DNA of 64,000 nt. Source: Eledone cirrhosa. Its lineage: Eukaryota. Location of the stretch: positions 172,236,001 to 172,300,000 of the forward strand of contig OZ024743.1 in the NCBI GenBank assembly GCA_964016885.1, in the 5' to 3' direction. The notes under the pieces are model-generated. The model searched no databases, was not told where the DNA came from, and saw nothing but the letters and a program-made list of their open reading frames with translations. Position 1 is the stretch's first letter; each line of letters opens with the position of its first letter. Both the position numbers and the translations under genes were made by a program. Below, piece by piece: positions 24,501 to 37,299 of the stretch.

Positions 24501-26100
24501 GTCCCCTCTGTTGTTTGTCCTTGCCCTGATGCCCTTGACCATTATGCTGCGAAAAGTGAGAGCAGGATACAAGTTGGAAAGGGGAGAGCTTACCATCAAT
24601 CACCTCCTCTTCATGGACGATCTTAAGCTCTTCGGGAAAAGTGAGAAGGAGTTGGATGTGCTATGTATGCAGTTTGGTATTGGTAAATGTGGAGTCATTG
24701 TGATGAAGAGAGGTAGGTTGAGCAGAAGTAACGGGATCCAGATACCAACAGGTGAGATGATAAAGGAAATTGACTCTGAGGAAGGATACAAGTATTTGGG
24801 CGTTCTGGAGGCTGATGGCATAAAGAACAAAAAAATGAAGGAATTGTTAAGAACTGAATACATTCGGAGAGTAAGGAGCGTATTGAAGTCACATCTGAAC
24901 AGCAGAAATGCCATAAGCGCAGTAAATTCCCGAGCTGTGTCTATTATTAGGTACAGTGCGGGAATTCTGAGATGGAATGTTGCTGAACAAAAAGAAATGG
25001 ATAGGAAGACTAGGAAACTATTGACTATCTACAACATGTTCCACATGAGGAGTGATGTCGATAGACTCTACCTAAGGAGATCTGAGGGTGGAAGTGGTCT
25101 TATCAGCATAGAGGACTGTGTTCGGATGGAGAAAAACAACCTATACAAATACGTGACCTATAGTAAGGAGCCAATGCTCAGAACTGTACTGAAGGAGGGG
25201 ACAGTAGGCCAGGGGATGTCCAAGGAGGAAATAACATCAAGGAGGAAGAGCAGCCTTAAGGGAAACTCCCTTCATAGTACCTTCTTTGAGAAAACTGAAT
25301 TTAGAGATCCACAGACATGGAACTGGTTGAGAAGAGGAGACCTCAAAAAGGCTACAGAAGGAATGCTAATGGCTGCGCAGGAGCAGGTCCTCAAAACGAA
25401 GTGGTTGAAGCACCATATCTACAAGGAGGAGGCTAGCCCACTGTGCAGGATCTGTGGAGAGAGAGAGGAGACTGTGGCTCACATTGTGTCCGAGTGTAAA
25501 CACCTAGCCCAGACCCACTATAAGGGCTGGAGACACGATGTGATGGGCAGGGTGATTCACTGGCACCTGTGTAAAGTAAACAATCTACCACATTCTGAGA
25601 AATGGTATGAGCATAGGCCAGAGGCGGTGATGGAGAACAATCAGGTGAAGGTGCTGTGGGATTTTAGGATACAGACGGACAAAAAACTGGAACACAATAG
25701 ACCTGACCTGGTGGTTGTGGACAAAGAAAAAAGATCGTGCCTGATTGTGGATGTGGCCTGCCCGTTCGACACGAGAGTGCAAGAGAAGGAGAGGGAGAAA
25801 ATTAACCGATACCAGGACCTAAAGTGGGAGGTGAAAAGGATTTGGAACTGCCATGAAGTCAAAGTGATCCCGATTGTCATAGGCGCACTGGGGACTATCT
25901 CCAAAAGTTTCCAGGGATGGTTAAAGAAAATCGGCCCCTTCACGCTTTTTGGAACGCTTCAAAAAGCATGCTTGCTTGGAACAGCAAGAACCCTCCGATA
26001 CGTCCTGAATATCTGAGGCTGCAGGTAGTGGCTTGATATTCAATCCAACGGACTTTCCAGTTAACCAACATCAATGACTGAGATTCAAGGAATAACAATA
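21573..26100 (+). mobile_element. Full-length R4/Dong family A copy 2
   Basis: Leader, ORF and 3' UTR as in copy 1. Confidence 0.93.
22657..26016 (+). CDS. R4/Dong-type RT-endonuclease polyprotein, 1119 aa, with an in-frame 11-aa deletion in the RT
   Basis: Same motifs as 6082-9474 but lacks VDTVRIFSSDI after ELDVL, so it is probably defective. Confidence 0.9.
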   Translation: METRTSCDRLSPNRCPLAQQQEPDCQPNTADVEGRRRRKGARTNWTKELNRTVMQCYLKSNPKERGYRRRMHNIWNEIGLFKLDEQKLAGQARVIRTNGWISELELEELSRENGLEMAGVVCQTSEPVGNEGGEVLRTEEPPEADNDLNTEINNTWNRDTATEEMNADGLGQDSVDILNLVVDELSNDSGRPMNLRFVDRKKLKETTAKVNKVIPYLEARSLHQCNNILKATANTVRKLLGIKARGNNRQERAEPWWKKRLSGQIGEMRNDIGKLESLLNGTLKNIGTKNRLEIKYKTRSKKLNIIIEELKQRIVAKSAKIRRYENRVSQYKQNRMFDNNQKMLFGQLEGKERGNDLIPGAEQTKTFWRGIWEQDVRHNAQAGWIETVQREIGEQARQQTDLSITVETLKGQAKKLTNWKSPGPDGVQGYWIKHLTSLHPKLTAMFNDCLVSGEVPEWLTKGTTVLIMKDRIKGNDATNYRPITCLPVMWKLLTSIVSEEIYHHLHTNNLLPDEQKGCRKKSRGTKDQLLIDKMVMGNCRRRHTDLAMGWIDYRKAFDMVPHSWITKSLEIFRVADNIRQLLGRSMGSWETELTSTGVSLGSVKIKRGIFQGDSLSPLLFVLALMPLTIMLRKVRAGYKLERGELTINHLLFMDDLKLFGKSEKELDVLCMQFGIGKCGVIVMKRGRLSRSNGIQIPTGEMIKEIDSEEGYKYLGVLEADGIKNKKMKELLRTEYIRRVRSVLKSHLNSRNAISAVNSRAVSIIRYSAGILRWNVAEQKEMDRKTRKLLTIYNMFHMRSDVDRLYLRRSEGGSGLISIEDCVRMEKNNLYKYVTYSKEPMLRTVLKEGTVGQGMSKEEITSRRKSSLKGNSLHSTFFEKTEFRDPQTWNWLRRGDLKKATEGMLMAAQEQVLKTKWLKHHIYKEEASPLCRICGEREETVAHIVSECKHLAQTHYKGWRHDVMGRVIHWHLCKVNNLPHSEKWYEHRPEAVMENNQVKVLWDFRIQTDKKLEHNRPDLVVVDKEKRSCLIVDVACPFDTRVQEKEREKINRYQDLKWEVKRIWNCHEVKVIPIVIGALGTISKSFQGWLKKIGPFTLFGTLQKACLLGTARTLRYVLNI

Positions 26101-26116
26101 ACAATAATAATAATAA

Positions 26117-26118
<2 letters not shown>

Positions 26119-26147
<29 letters not shown>

Positions 26148-26272
26148 AAGAAGAAGAAGAAGAAGAAGAAGAAGAAGAAGAAGAAGAAGAAGAAGAAGAA
26201 GAAGAAGAAGAAGAAGAAGAAGAAGAAGAAGAAGAAGAAGAAGAAGAAGAAGAAGAAGAAGAAGAAGAAGAA
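26119..26272 (+). repeat. (AGA)n microsatellite, about 50 units
   Basis: Pure AGA run following a short TAA tail. Confidence 0.97.
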
Positions 26273-26537
26273 GGAAAGAATTGAATAGAACTGTTATGCA
26301 ATGTTACCTGAAAAGTAACCCCAAGGAGAGGGGCTATAGGAGACGGATGCATAATATCTGGAAAGAGATTGGTCTATTTAAATTAGATGAACAAAAATTA
26401 GCCGGGCAGGCTCGGGTAATAAGAACTAATGGGTGGATAAGCGAGCTGGAACTGGAGGAACTGAGCAGAGAGATTAGCTTGGAGATGGAGGGTGGAGTAT
26501 GCCAGGCAAAAGAGCCAGTGGGAAATGAAGGTGAAGA
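26273..26537 (+). pseudogene. Internal fragment of the family A ORF N-terminus (copy-3-type variants)
   Basis: KELNRTVMQCY..WKEIG..REISLEMEGGVCQA matches 27970-28230. Confidence 0.9.
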
Positions 26538-26540
26538 TAT

Positions 26541-29500
26541 ACGCACGAGGTAGTAGAAGGTCATGAAATCGCTCCCGTAAATTTTGAATTTTTAACATAT
26601 TTAAATCATTTGTGAAATAACAACTCTTAGTACAAATGCTACGTAAAGCATCCGGCTTGAGCCCCAAAAAAATACGGATCCAAAATATATTGTTATAAGG
26701 CTCAAATATTCAAATATTCAACTTTGTATTGTACATTGTATATTCAAAAATGAAAATGGCTATAAATGGAAGAAGAAGAACCCCCCCCCCCTCCTCTGTC
26801 TACACTATATAGAACAGCCAAACAACACCAATCTCACCAACACCAGAAACTAGATACACCACCTACCCCATCACCTCTCTGTGTACACTAAACACAACAG
26901 CCAGATGACGGCAATTTCACCACCACCACAACCAATCTCAACATAATAATGATAATAATAAATACTATTATTATTGTCCCAAGTTTTATCAAAATGTTTA
27001 ATTCAAACACATATACGCAACTAACCCCATAGATTCACCGAACGGACATCAGTAACGACAACGCCGCCCATCCATCATTACTACCACTATCCCATCACCG
27101 CCGCCACCACTCCTTCATTGCTACCACCGCTACAACACCATCGCTACAGTAATACGACCACATCACCACCACCACTTCCATCATTACTACCACTATCCCA
27201 TCACCTCCGCCACCACTCCTTCATTGCTACCACCGCTACAACACCATCACTACAGTAATACGATCACATCACCACCACCACTGCCTCAGTATCGACATCA
27301 CCACCACCACTGTCTCAGTATCGCTACCGCCGATATTCTCTCCCATTGCTTCCTGCTAGTTGCTGCCACCACATTATAGAATTCCTACTAAAAAAGAGGA
27401 AGGCATCAAAATATATAGATAGACTCAAAAGAAAAAACAAAAAACAAGCATGAAAGCCAAAGCAGCACAGCAACAACAGCAAAAAAAGAGAAAAACAAAC
27501 AGAGAAAAACAAAAATAAAAAAAAACGTAAATAAAATAAGAATGAAGAGAGAAACAAGCGGACGGACAGAGAATAGAAGGGAAAAACTAAGTCAGACATT
27601 CGAACACTACATTACAATGAAACTTATGCTTATTCATTTTTGGGTTTTTTCTGCCTGTTTGTTTGTTTATTTGTGTTCGTCTACAGCGTGGTGATAATGC
27701 CACACAAGAGCCAAGTGGAGCGGCACAACCACCGGAGACGGTGAATCCACAGATGGTTATGTAACCATACATTCGCCAATCCTCGATAAGAGTGTTTAAA
27801 TATCGAACCTAAACAGTTCGAATAACGGTGAAATGGAGACTAGAACGTCATGTGACAGACTCTCACCCAACAGGTGCTCCATGGCTCAGCAGCAGGAACC
27901 TGGCTGTCAACCAAATACTGCTGGTGTCGGAGGAAGAAGAAGAAGGAAAGGGACCAGAACCAACTGGACGAAAGAATTGAATAGAACTGTTATGCAATGT
28001 TACCTAAAAAGTAACCCCAAGGAGAGGGGCTATAGGAGACGGATGCATAACATCTGGAAAGAGATTGGTCTATTTAAATTAGATGAACAAAAATTGGCCG
28101 GGCAGGCTCGGGTAATAAGAACTAATGGGTGGATCAGCGACCTGGAACTGGAGGAACTGAGCAGAGAGATTAGCTTGGAGATGGAGGGTGGAGTATGCCA
28201 GGCAAACGAGCCAGTGGGAAATGAAGGGGAAGAGGTCGAGAGAACGGAGGAACCACCCGAAGCAGACAATGATCTGAATACTGAGATAAATAATACCTGG
28301 AACAGAGATACGGCCACTGAGGAGATGAATGCTGACGGGCTAGGACAAGATTCGGTTGACATCCTAAATTTAGTGGTAGATGAATTGAACAATGATAGTG
28401 GGAGACCTATGAACCTAAGATTTGTAGACAGGAAAAAGTTAAAAGAAACAACAGCTAAGGTAAACAAAGTCATCCTATACCTTGAGGCGAGAAGCCTTCA
28501 CCAGTACAACAATATCCTCAAAGCAACAGCAAATACGGTGAGAAAACTACTTGGTATAAAAGCGAGGGGAAACAACAGACAAGAAAGAGCAGAGCCTTGG
28601 TGGAAGAAACGACTGAGTGGTCAAATCAGGGAAATGAGAAATGACATTGTAAAGCTTGAGTCACTACTGACTGGGACACTAAAAAACATAGGCACTAAAA
28701 ATAGACTGGAAATAAAGTACAAAACTAGGAGGAAAAAGCTAAATATTATCATAGAGGAACTGAAGCAACACATTGTAGCAAAGAGTGCAAAAATCAGGCG
28801 ATACGAGAACAGAGTCAGTCAGTATAAACAGAACCGCATGTTCGACAACAACCAGAAGATGCTGTTTGGACAGCTTGAGGGGAAAGAAAGAAGCAACGAC
28901 TTGATCCCTGAGGCGGAACAAACTAAAACATTCTGGAGAGGAATATGGGAGCAGGATGTTAGACATAATGACCAGGCAGGGTGGATTGAGACAGTACAGA
29001 GGGAGATCGGTGAGCAGGCACACCAACAAACTGATTTGAGTATCACAGTTGAAACTCTTAAGGGGCAGGCCAAAAAACTAACCAACTGGAGATCAGCAGG
29101 CCCAGATGGTGTGCAGGGGTATTGGATTAAAAATATAACATCCCTCCACCCGAAACTGACAACCATGTTCAATGACTGCTTGATGTCAGGTGAGGTACCA
29201 GAGTGGTTGACAAAAGGTACCACAGTTCTGATAATGAAAGACCTAATCAAGGGTAATGATGTTACCAACTATAGACCTATCACATGTCTGTCCGTAATGT
29301 GGAAACTGTTGACGAGCATTGTGTCTGAGGAAATCTACCATCACCTCCACACAAACAACTTGTTACCGGACGAACAGAAAGGATGCCGAAAGAAGTCACG
29401 TGGTACAAAGGACCAGTTACTTATTGATAAGATGGTAATGGGGAATTGCAGGAGGAGACACACTGATCTTGCCATGGGATGGATAGACTACAGAAAGGCA

Positions 29501-31303
29501 TTTGACATGGTGCCTCATTCTTGGATCACCAAAAGCCTGGAGATCTTGAAGGTGGCAGATAACATCAGACAGTTGCTGGGCAAGAGTATGAGGTCCTGGG
29601 AAACAGAGTTGACATCAACTGGAGAATCCTTGGGAAGCGTGAAGATCAAGAGAGGTATCTTCCAGGGAGATAGTCTGTCACCTCTGTTGTTTGTCCTTGC
29701 CCTGATGCCCCTGACCAGTGTACTGCGAAAAGTGAGAGCAGGATACGGGTTGGGAAAGGGAGGGCTTACCATCAATCACCTCCTCTTCATGGACGATCAT
29801 AAGCTCTTCGGGAAGAGTGAGAAGGAGTTGGATGTGCTTGTTCACACTGTCCGTATTTTTCAGCAGTGATATATGTATACAGTTTGGTATTAGTAAGTGT
29901 GGAGTCATTGTGATGAGGAGGGGTAGGTTGAGCAGAAGTAACGGAATCCAGATACCAACAGGTGAGATGATAAAGGAAATTGATTCTGAGGAAGGATACA
30001 AGTATTTGGGCGTTCTGGAGGCTGATGGCGTAAAGAACAAAAAAATGAAGGAATTGTTAAGAACTGAATACATTCGGAGAGTAAGGATCGAATTGAAGTC
30101 ACATCTGAACAGCAGAAATGCCATAAGCGCAGTAAATTCCCGAGCTGTGTCTATTATTAGGTACAGTGCGGGAATTCTGAGATGGAATGTTGCTGAACAA
30201 AAAGAAATGGATAGGAAGACTAGGAAGCTATTGACTATCTACAACATGTTCCACAAGAGGAGTGATGTCGATAGACTCTACCTAAGGAGATCTGAGGGTG
30301 GAAGAGGTCTTATCAGCATAGACGACTGTGTTCAGATGGAGAAAAACAACCTACACAAATACGTGACTGATAGTAAGGAGCCAATGCTCAATATTGTACT
30401 TAAGGAGAGAGAGGACAATAGACCAGGGGATGTCCAACGAGGAAATAACAACAAGGAGAAAGAGCAGCCTTCATGAAAAATCCCTTCATAGTACCTTCTT
30501 TGAGAAAACTGAATTCAGATATCCACAGACATGGAACTGGTTGAAAAGAGGAGACCTTAAAAAGGCTACAGAAGGAATGCTAATGGGTGCGCAGGAGCAG
30601 GCCCTCAAAATGAAGTGGTTGAAACACCATATTTACAAGGAGGAGGCTAGCCCACTGTGCAGGATCTGTGGAGAGAGAGAGGAGACTGTGGCTCACATTG
30701 TATCCGAGTGTAAACACCTAGCCCAGACCCACTATAAGGGCTGGAGACATGATGTGATGGGCAGGGTGATCCACTGGAACCTGTGCAAAGTAAACAATGT
30801 ACCACATTCTGAGAAATGGCATGAACATAAGCCAGAGGCGGTGATGGAGAACGATCAGGTGAAGGTGCTGCGGGATTTTAGGATACAGACGGACAAGAAA
30901 CTGGAACACAATAGACCTGACCTTGTGGTTGTGGACGAAGAAAAAAGATCGTGTCTGATTGTGGATGTGGCCTGCCCATTCGACACGACAGTGCAAGAGA
31001 AGGAGAGGGAGAAAATTAACCGATACCAAAACTTAAAGTGGGAGGTAAAATGGATTTGGAACTGCCATGAAGTCAAAGTGATCCCGATTATCATAGGCGC
31101 ACTGGGGACTATCTCAAAAAGTTTCCAGAGATGGTTAAAGAAAATTGGCCCCTTCACGCTTTTTGGAACGCTTCAAAAGGCATGCTTGCTGGGAACAGCA
31201 AGAACCCTCCGATACGTCCTGAATATCTGAGGCTGCAGGTAGTGGCTTGATATTCATTCCAACGGAGTTTCCAGTTAACTAACATCAATGACTGAGATTC
31301 AAG

Positions 31304-31305
<2 letters not shown>
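26541..31305 (+). pseudogene. Full-length R4/Dong family A copy 3 (frameshifted; ORF pieces 27833-29869, 29817-30476, 30394-31230)
   Basis: Longer leader with an internal tandem duplication. Frameshifts near 29860 and 30410. Confidence 0.92.
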
Positions 31306-31371
<66 letters not shown>

Positions 31372-31560
31372 GGTTTCCAGGGATGGTTAAAGAAAATCGG
31401 CCCCTTCACGCTTTTTGGAACGCTTCAAAAGGCATGCTTGCTTGGAACAGCAAGAACCCTCCGATACGTCCTGAATATCTGAGGCTGCAGGTAGTGGCTT
31501 GATATTCAATCCAACGGACTTTCCAGTTAACCAACATCAATGACTGAGATTCAAGGAATA
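31372..31560 (+). mobile_element. Extremely 5'-truncated family A copy (last ~190 bp) between TAA tracts
   Basis: Matches 25907-26095. Flanked by (TAA)n at 31305-31371 and 31557-31597. Confidence 0.9.
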
Positions 31561-31568
31561 ACAATAAC

Positions 31569-31597
<29 letters not shown>

Positions 31598-31601
<4 letters not shown>

Positions 31602-32354
31602 AAATTACCAAGCCAACATAAAAAAAAATGGGTGCAGCCCATTATTCCGTGTATGCAAAAAACAACCAGAGACCATTGACCATATAATTTCAATGTGCTG
31701 TCCTATAGCTCCAACCGAATACCTAAACAGGCATGACAGAGCTGCACAATACATACATTGGATAATGTGTAAGCATTTTGACCTGCCCCATCAAAAGAAT
31801 TGGTGGGAGCATCAGCCACCTCCCATACTTGAAAAAGATCACATCTCAATCTTGTGGAACTTTAGCATCCAAACAGACCGAAAAATAGATGCAAACAGAC
31901 CTGATATAATATTGAAATACTTTCAAAAGAGGGTATGCCTGCTAATTGATATGTCTGTTCCAATAGACAAGAATGTATCTATAAAAACATTTGAAAAATT
32001 GAGCAAGTATAAGGACCTGGAGATAGAAATTGGAAAAATGTGGAAATTGAGAACTAAAACAATACCAGAAGTTGTAGGCCCTCTGGGAATGATACCTAAG
32101 GGGTCTAACGATTACTTATCGCAAATCCCATGAAACCCGCGTATAGGAGAAATACAAAAGATAGTACTAATGGGAACTGCCCATATACTAAGGAAGATTC
32201 TGTCAATATAAGTACATCACAAGTCTAAACACTAAAGATGCATGTGTGAATATGTATGTTCTTTCTTGAACATGGCGGACCTTGTTGTCTCTTGAGGTCA
32301 CTGGTTGTGACTTGGTGATAACTCGTATGAACATAAATCAAGATAAATGCAACT

Positions 32355-32355
<1 letters not shown>
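31598..32355 (+). pseudogene. 5'-truncated R4/Dong family B copy
   Basis: Begins at KNYQANI. Contains RHD, RPDII, LIDMSVP and KLSKY, then the 3' UTR and (TAA)n at 32356-32412. Confidence 0.9.
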
Positions 32356-32411
<56 letters not shown>

Positions 32412-32415
<4 letters not shown>

Positions 32416-35400
32416 AATCGCTCCCGTAAGCTTTTGATTTGTAACATATTTAAATCAATTGTGAAATAACAATTCTTAGTACAAATGTTGCATAAACCAC
32501 CAAATGAAGCCCCATAAAATTTTGGATCCATATTATATTGTTATATCGCTCAAATATTCAATTTTGTATTATATATTTTGTATTCAAAAAAAGAAAATGG
32601 TTATAAATGGAAGAAAACACCCTCTGTCTACACTATATAGAACAGCCAAATAACAGCAATTTCACCAACACCAGAAACTTGATACGCCACCTATCCCATC
32701 ACACTAAATATAACAGCCAGATAACGGCAATTTCACCACCACCACCACCATCAATCCAGGCATGATAATAATAATTACTATTATTATTGTCTCAAATTTT
32801 AACAAAATGTTTAATTCCAATTTTACGGGAATATGTCAACACAATATATATTAAACATACGAACACAAACTCATAGATACTACATATCACAAAACCCAGT
32901 AACCACAACGCCACCGCCGCCACCACCCCATCCATCATCTTGCTACAACTATCCCATCGCCGCCGCCACTACTCCTTCATTGCTACCACCACTATTCCCC
33001 TGTTAACTTGAGAGAGAAAGGGGAAGGTGGCGGTATCACTAGACAAGGAAGAGGCTAGCAAAAGATATAAATAGATTGACTTAGTGACCTGGCCACCGGC
33101 CAAACGTCAACATCAACAACTATGGGACTGCTGGCTCAGCCCTTCCTCACCAACAATATAAAAAGCCCCGGCACCACCACCGACATAGCCAACAACAATA
33201 ACAGGCAACTACAGCAAAAAGTATATTATATTATTGTAATGCACTGGGTGATTGCTGGCCTGGAATGGAGACAATTATTAATAATTTCATTCTTAAGCCA
33301 CGCAATGCTCACATTAAGGAACCACTCATGATAATAACAATTTAAAAAAACAACAAAAAGAAAACCCCGTGACCAAGAAATACCGGGATGGCGGCCGGCG
33401 GGGAATAGCCGTGCCTCTAGGGTAGAACGACCCCTCTAGTCTTGGTTGACACTCGTTCTAGAAGTGGTAACACGAAATGATTACCCCTTGGCGGATAAGG
33501 ATAAAACGCGACAAAATAAAGTAAATGTCTAATGATAAAATCTCATACCGGATCGGCCGTCACCAGGGTAAAAAAGGGCCGCGTCCCTCAGAGAGGAACC
33601 AGACTGGGGTCGAAAAATCAGCTAATGGTTCAAACCTTCCCATCACTTCGGAGCTGGAGACCTCCCATAACCGGAATACTCCTACTGTTGGCCCTCCATG
33701 CTCACCACCAAGAAATCCAAAGAAAAAGAGAGAAAAATGGTCAAGAGAAGATAATAAAGAAGTCCTTGAGGCTTTCTACACTGCCATGTACTACCCATCA
33801 AATACATCGAATACAGAACAGACATATATCAACTGGAAAAAGAAACATCCCGAAAACAGAGGCTATATTGTCAGTAACAAACTAGCCAATATACGAAGAA
33901 ATATTGTAAGAAAAAAGTTACTAACTGATATAGAAATTGATCAGATCAAGCTATTACAAAATCAGCGAAGGGAAAATGAAACATGTGTCAGTGAAAACGA
34001 GGTAAACTGTAACAATTCGAACCCCAGGGTTGGGGCGGAATCACTGGCAACAGAACAAATTAAAGAAAGAATCGAAAAAGGAAAATAATGAGATCGTAAA
34101 TGATAAAGAAATGAATGAGAATGAACTTGCCAACTTGAAGGATGAAATTATGATCGAATGGATGAAAATGAAAGAATCTGACATGGGGCAACGAGACACA
34201 CTCCCTAAGATCCAGAACTCCAAACAGAACCAAAAGATAATACACAAGACTAACATAATTCTCAAAAACATTATCATCACAAACAAACTAAACATTACTG
34301 ATTTAAATCATCTCTATTATGCATCGGCTCAAGTCACCACTCACTTATGTGGAGTGAAGATGAAAAAATAAAGGAATTCCCACAAGAAATCTACTTGGCA
34401 AGAGAACATCAATCGCCAAATAAACCTTCTCCGATCTGACATAGAAATTTTAACAAACTATAAAGTAGGTGAACATGTTAAACAAACTAAACTTAGAAAA
34501 TTGAAAAAGAAGTACAGTATAAAATCAACATGTGACATAGACATGCTGATAGAAATAATCAAGCAAAAAGTGTCAGCCAAAGCTGCTCGTATAAGGCGCT
34601 TTGAAAAACGATCTAGATTCTATAAGGACAATAATATGTTCAAAAACAACCAAAGAAACTTCTACAGAAAAATTGGTAAGTCAACAATAACTGCTAAATC
34701 AATACCACCCAAGGAGGAAGTGCAAGAATTCTGGGAAAAGATCTGGGCCGAAGAAAAAGTTCATAACATACATGCCCCATGGATAGACAGACAAATGAAA
34801 GATACAGCTCACCTTGAGGAACAAATATGGGAAAATATAACAGTTGAACAGTTGCGCTTGGCTCTAAGAAAAACCAGCAAATGGAAATCCCAGGAAGAGA
34901 CAAAATACAAAACTTTTGGATAAATGCCTTCACAGAGTCTCATGAGCTGTTAGCCCACTCTTTACAATGAAATAGTTAAGGAGCCAGAAAAGATACCATC
35001 ATGGCTAGTTAACGGCATTACATTCCTGCTTCCGAAGAATGATGAGACAAACAATCCCAAAAATTACAGACCGATAACTTGCTTAACCACAATGTATAAA
35101 ATTTTAACATCAGTGCTAACTGAATACACATATGACCACCTGATAACAAATGACATATTTCCCATTGAGCAGAAAGGGTGTAAACGAGGCTCATATGGCT
35201 GTAAGGATCAGCTTCTGGTTACCAAAATGATACTGGAAGATTGTCATAATAGACACAAAAATCTATCGATAGCTTGGATAGATTATAAAAAGGCATTCGA
35301 TAGTTTGCCACACAGTTGGATTGAAAAATGTTTATAGATTTTCAAAATATCCCCCGTTGTCAGGAGGTTTTTGTCATTCAGTATGAAGACATGGAAAACG

Positions 35401-37267
35401 ACACTCCTTTTGAATAGTGAAACAAAATCACTGGAAGCTGGAGAAGTTAATATTAATTGTGGAATTTTTCAGGGTGACTCTTTATCACCGCTTTTATTCT
35501 GCATCGCACTTATACCATTAAGTAAAATGCTCAATGAAACAAAACATGGATATAAAGTCTATGACAAAACCATTAATCACCTGTTCTACATGGATGACCT
35601 GAAACTATTTGCAAAAAATGATGAACAATTGCAAGGGCTATTATCCACTGTGGAGCAGTTCAGTGATGACATTAAAATGGAGTTTGGACTAGATAAATGC
35701 GCCAAAGCAACGTTCACCTGAGGAAAGCTGCTGAAGAGTTCAGACAGTAATCTTGATCGGGGGAACGTGATAAGAGAACTTGATCAAGAAAAAACTTACA
35801 AATATCTAGATGTTTGTGAAGGAGACGGAATCAAGCACTCGACAATGAGGGAAAGGATAAGGAAGGAATGTTACCGCAGAGTAAGAGCAATCTTAAGAAC
35901 GGAATTGAATGCAAGGAATAGGATCGATGCCATAAACACGCTTGCCATACCAGTAGTAACCTACAGTTACAATGTCATCAACTGGTCAAGCACAGAGATC
36001 CGTAGGCTCGATACAAAAATTCGAAAATTCTTAACCATGCACAGAATGCATCACCCTAAGGCAGATATAGATAGAATATATCTCCCTAGGAAAGAAGGAG
36101 GACGTGGGTTAATCCAGTTAGACATTGCGTTGAAAACTGCAACAATTGGATTATCTACATATCTAAGGGAATCACATGATTGGATGATCAAACTCGTTTT
36201 GAAACACGAAAGCATCAAAAGATCATATTCCATTACAAAAGATGCACAAAGATACAGTAATGGACTACAAATTTCAGAAGTCCCATTTACTGCTGAAATG
36301 GAAAACACAGAAAAAGCAAAGCAGGTAAAAGTAACTGCAAAGAATGAACTGCTACAGAAACTGGCTAAGAAATGGCAAGAAAAGCCTCTGTATGGAAAAT
36401 ACCCAGAGCGAGCTAACAATCCTGATGTTGACAAAACTTTAACCCATCAGTGGTTGGCATCCTCTGGACTGAAATCGGAGACTGAAGGACTGATTATATC
36501 AGCACAAGATCAGTGTCTGCCAACAAAAAATTACCAAGCCAACATAATAAAAAATGGATGCAGCCCATTATGCCGTGTATGCAAAAAACAACCAGAGACC
36601 ATTGACCATATAATTTCAATGTGCAGTCCTATAGCTCCAACCGAATACCTAAACAGGCATGACAGAGCTGCACAATACATACATTGGATAATGTGTAAGC
36701 ATTTTGACCTGCCCCATCAAAAGAATTGGTGGGAGCATCAACCACCTCCCATACTTGAAAAAGATCACATCTCAATCTTGTGGAACTTTAGCATCCAAAC
36801 AGACCGAAAAATAGATGCAAACAGACCTGATATAATATTGAAAGGACTTTAAAAAGAGGGTATGCCTGCTAATTGATATGTCTGTTCCAATAGACAAGAA
36901 TGTATCTATAAAAACATTTGCAAAATTGAGCAAGATAGAAATTTGAAAAATGTGGAAATTGAGAACTAAAACAATACCAGTGGTTGTAGGCGCTCTGGGA
37001 ATGATACCTAAGGGGTCTAATGATTACTTATCGCAGATCCCAGGAAACCCGCGTATAGGAGAAATACAAAAGATGTTACTAATGGGAACTGCCCATATAC
37101 TAAGGAAGATTCTGTCAATATATGTACATCACAAGTCTAAACACTAAAGATGCATGTGTGAGTATGTATGTTCTTCCTTGAACATGGCGGACCTTGTTGT
37201 CTCTTGAGGTCACTGGTTGTGACTTGGTGATAACTCGTATGAACATAAAGCAAGATAATGCAACTGT
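32412..37267 (+). pseudogene. Full-length R4/Dong family B copy (ORF 33525-~37122 disrupted)
   Basis: Leader starting ATGAAATCGCTCCCGTAA, N-terminal KWSREDNKEVLEAFY, then RT, CCHC and RLE pieces with several stops and frameshifts. TAA tail at 37267-37290. Confidence 0.92.
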
Positions 37268-37299
37268 AATAATAATAATAATAATAATAAAATAAGGAA

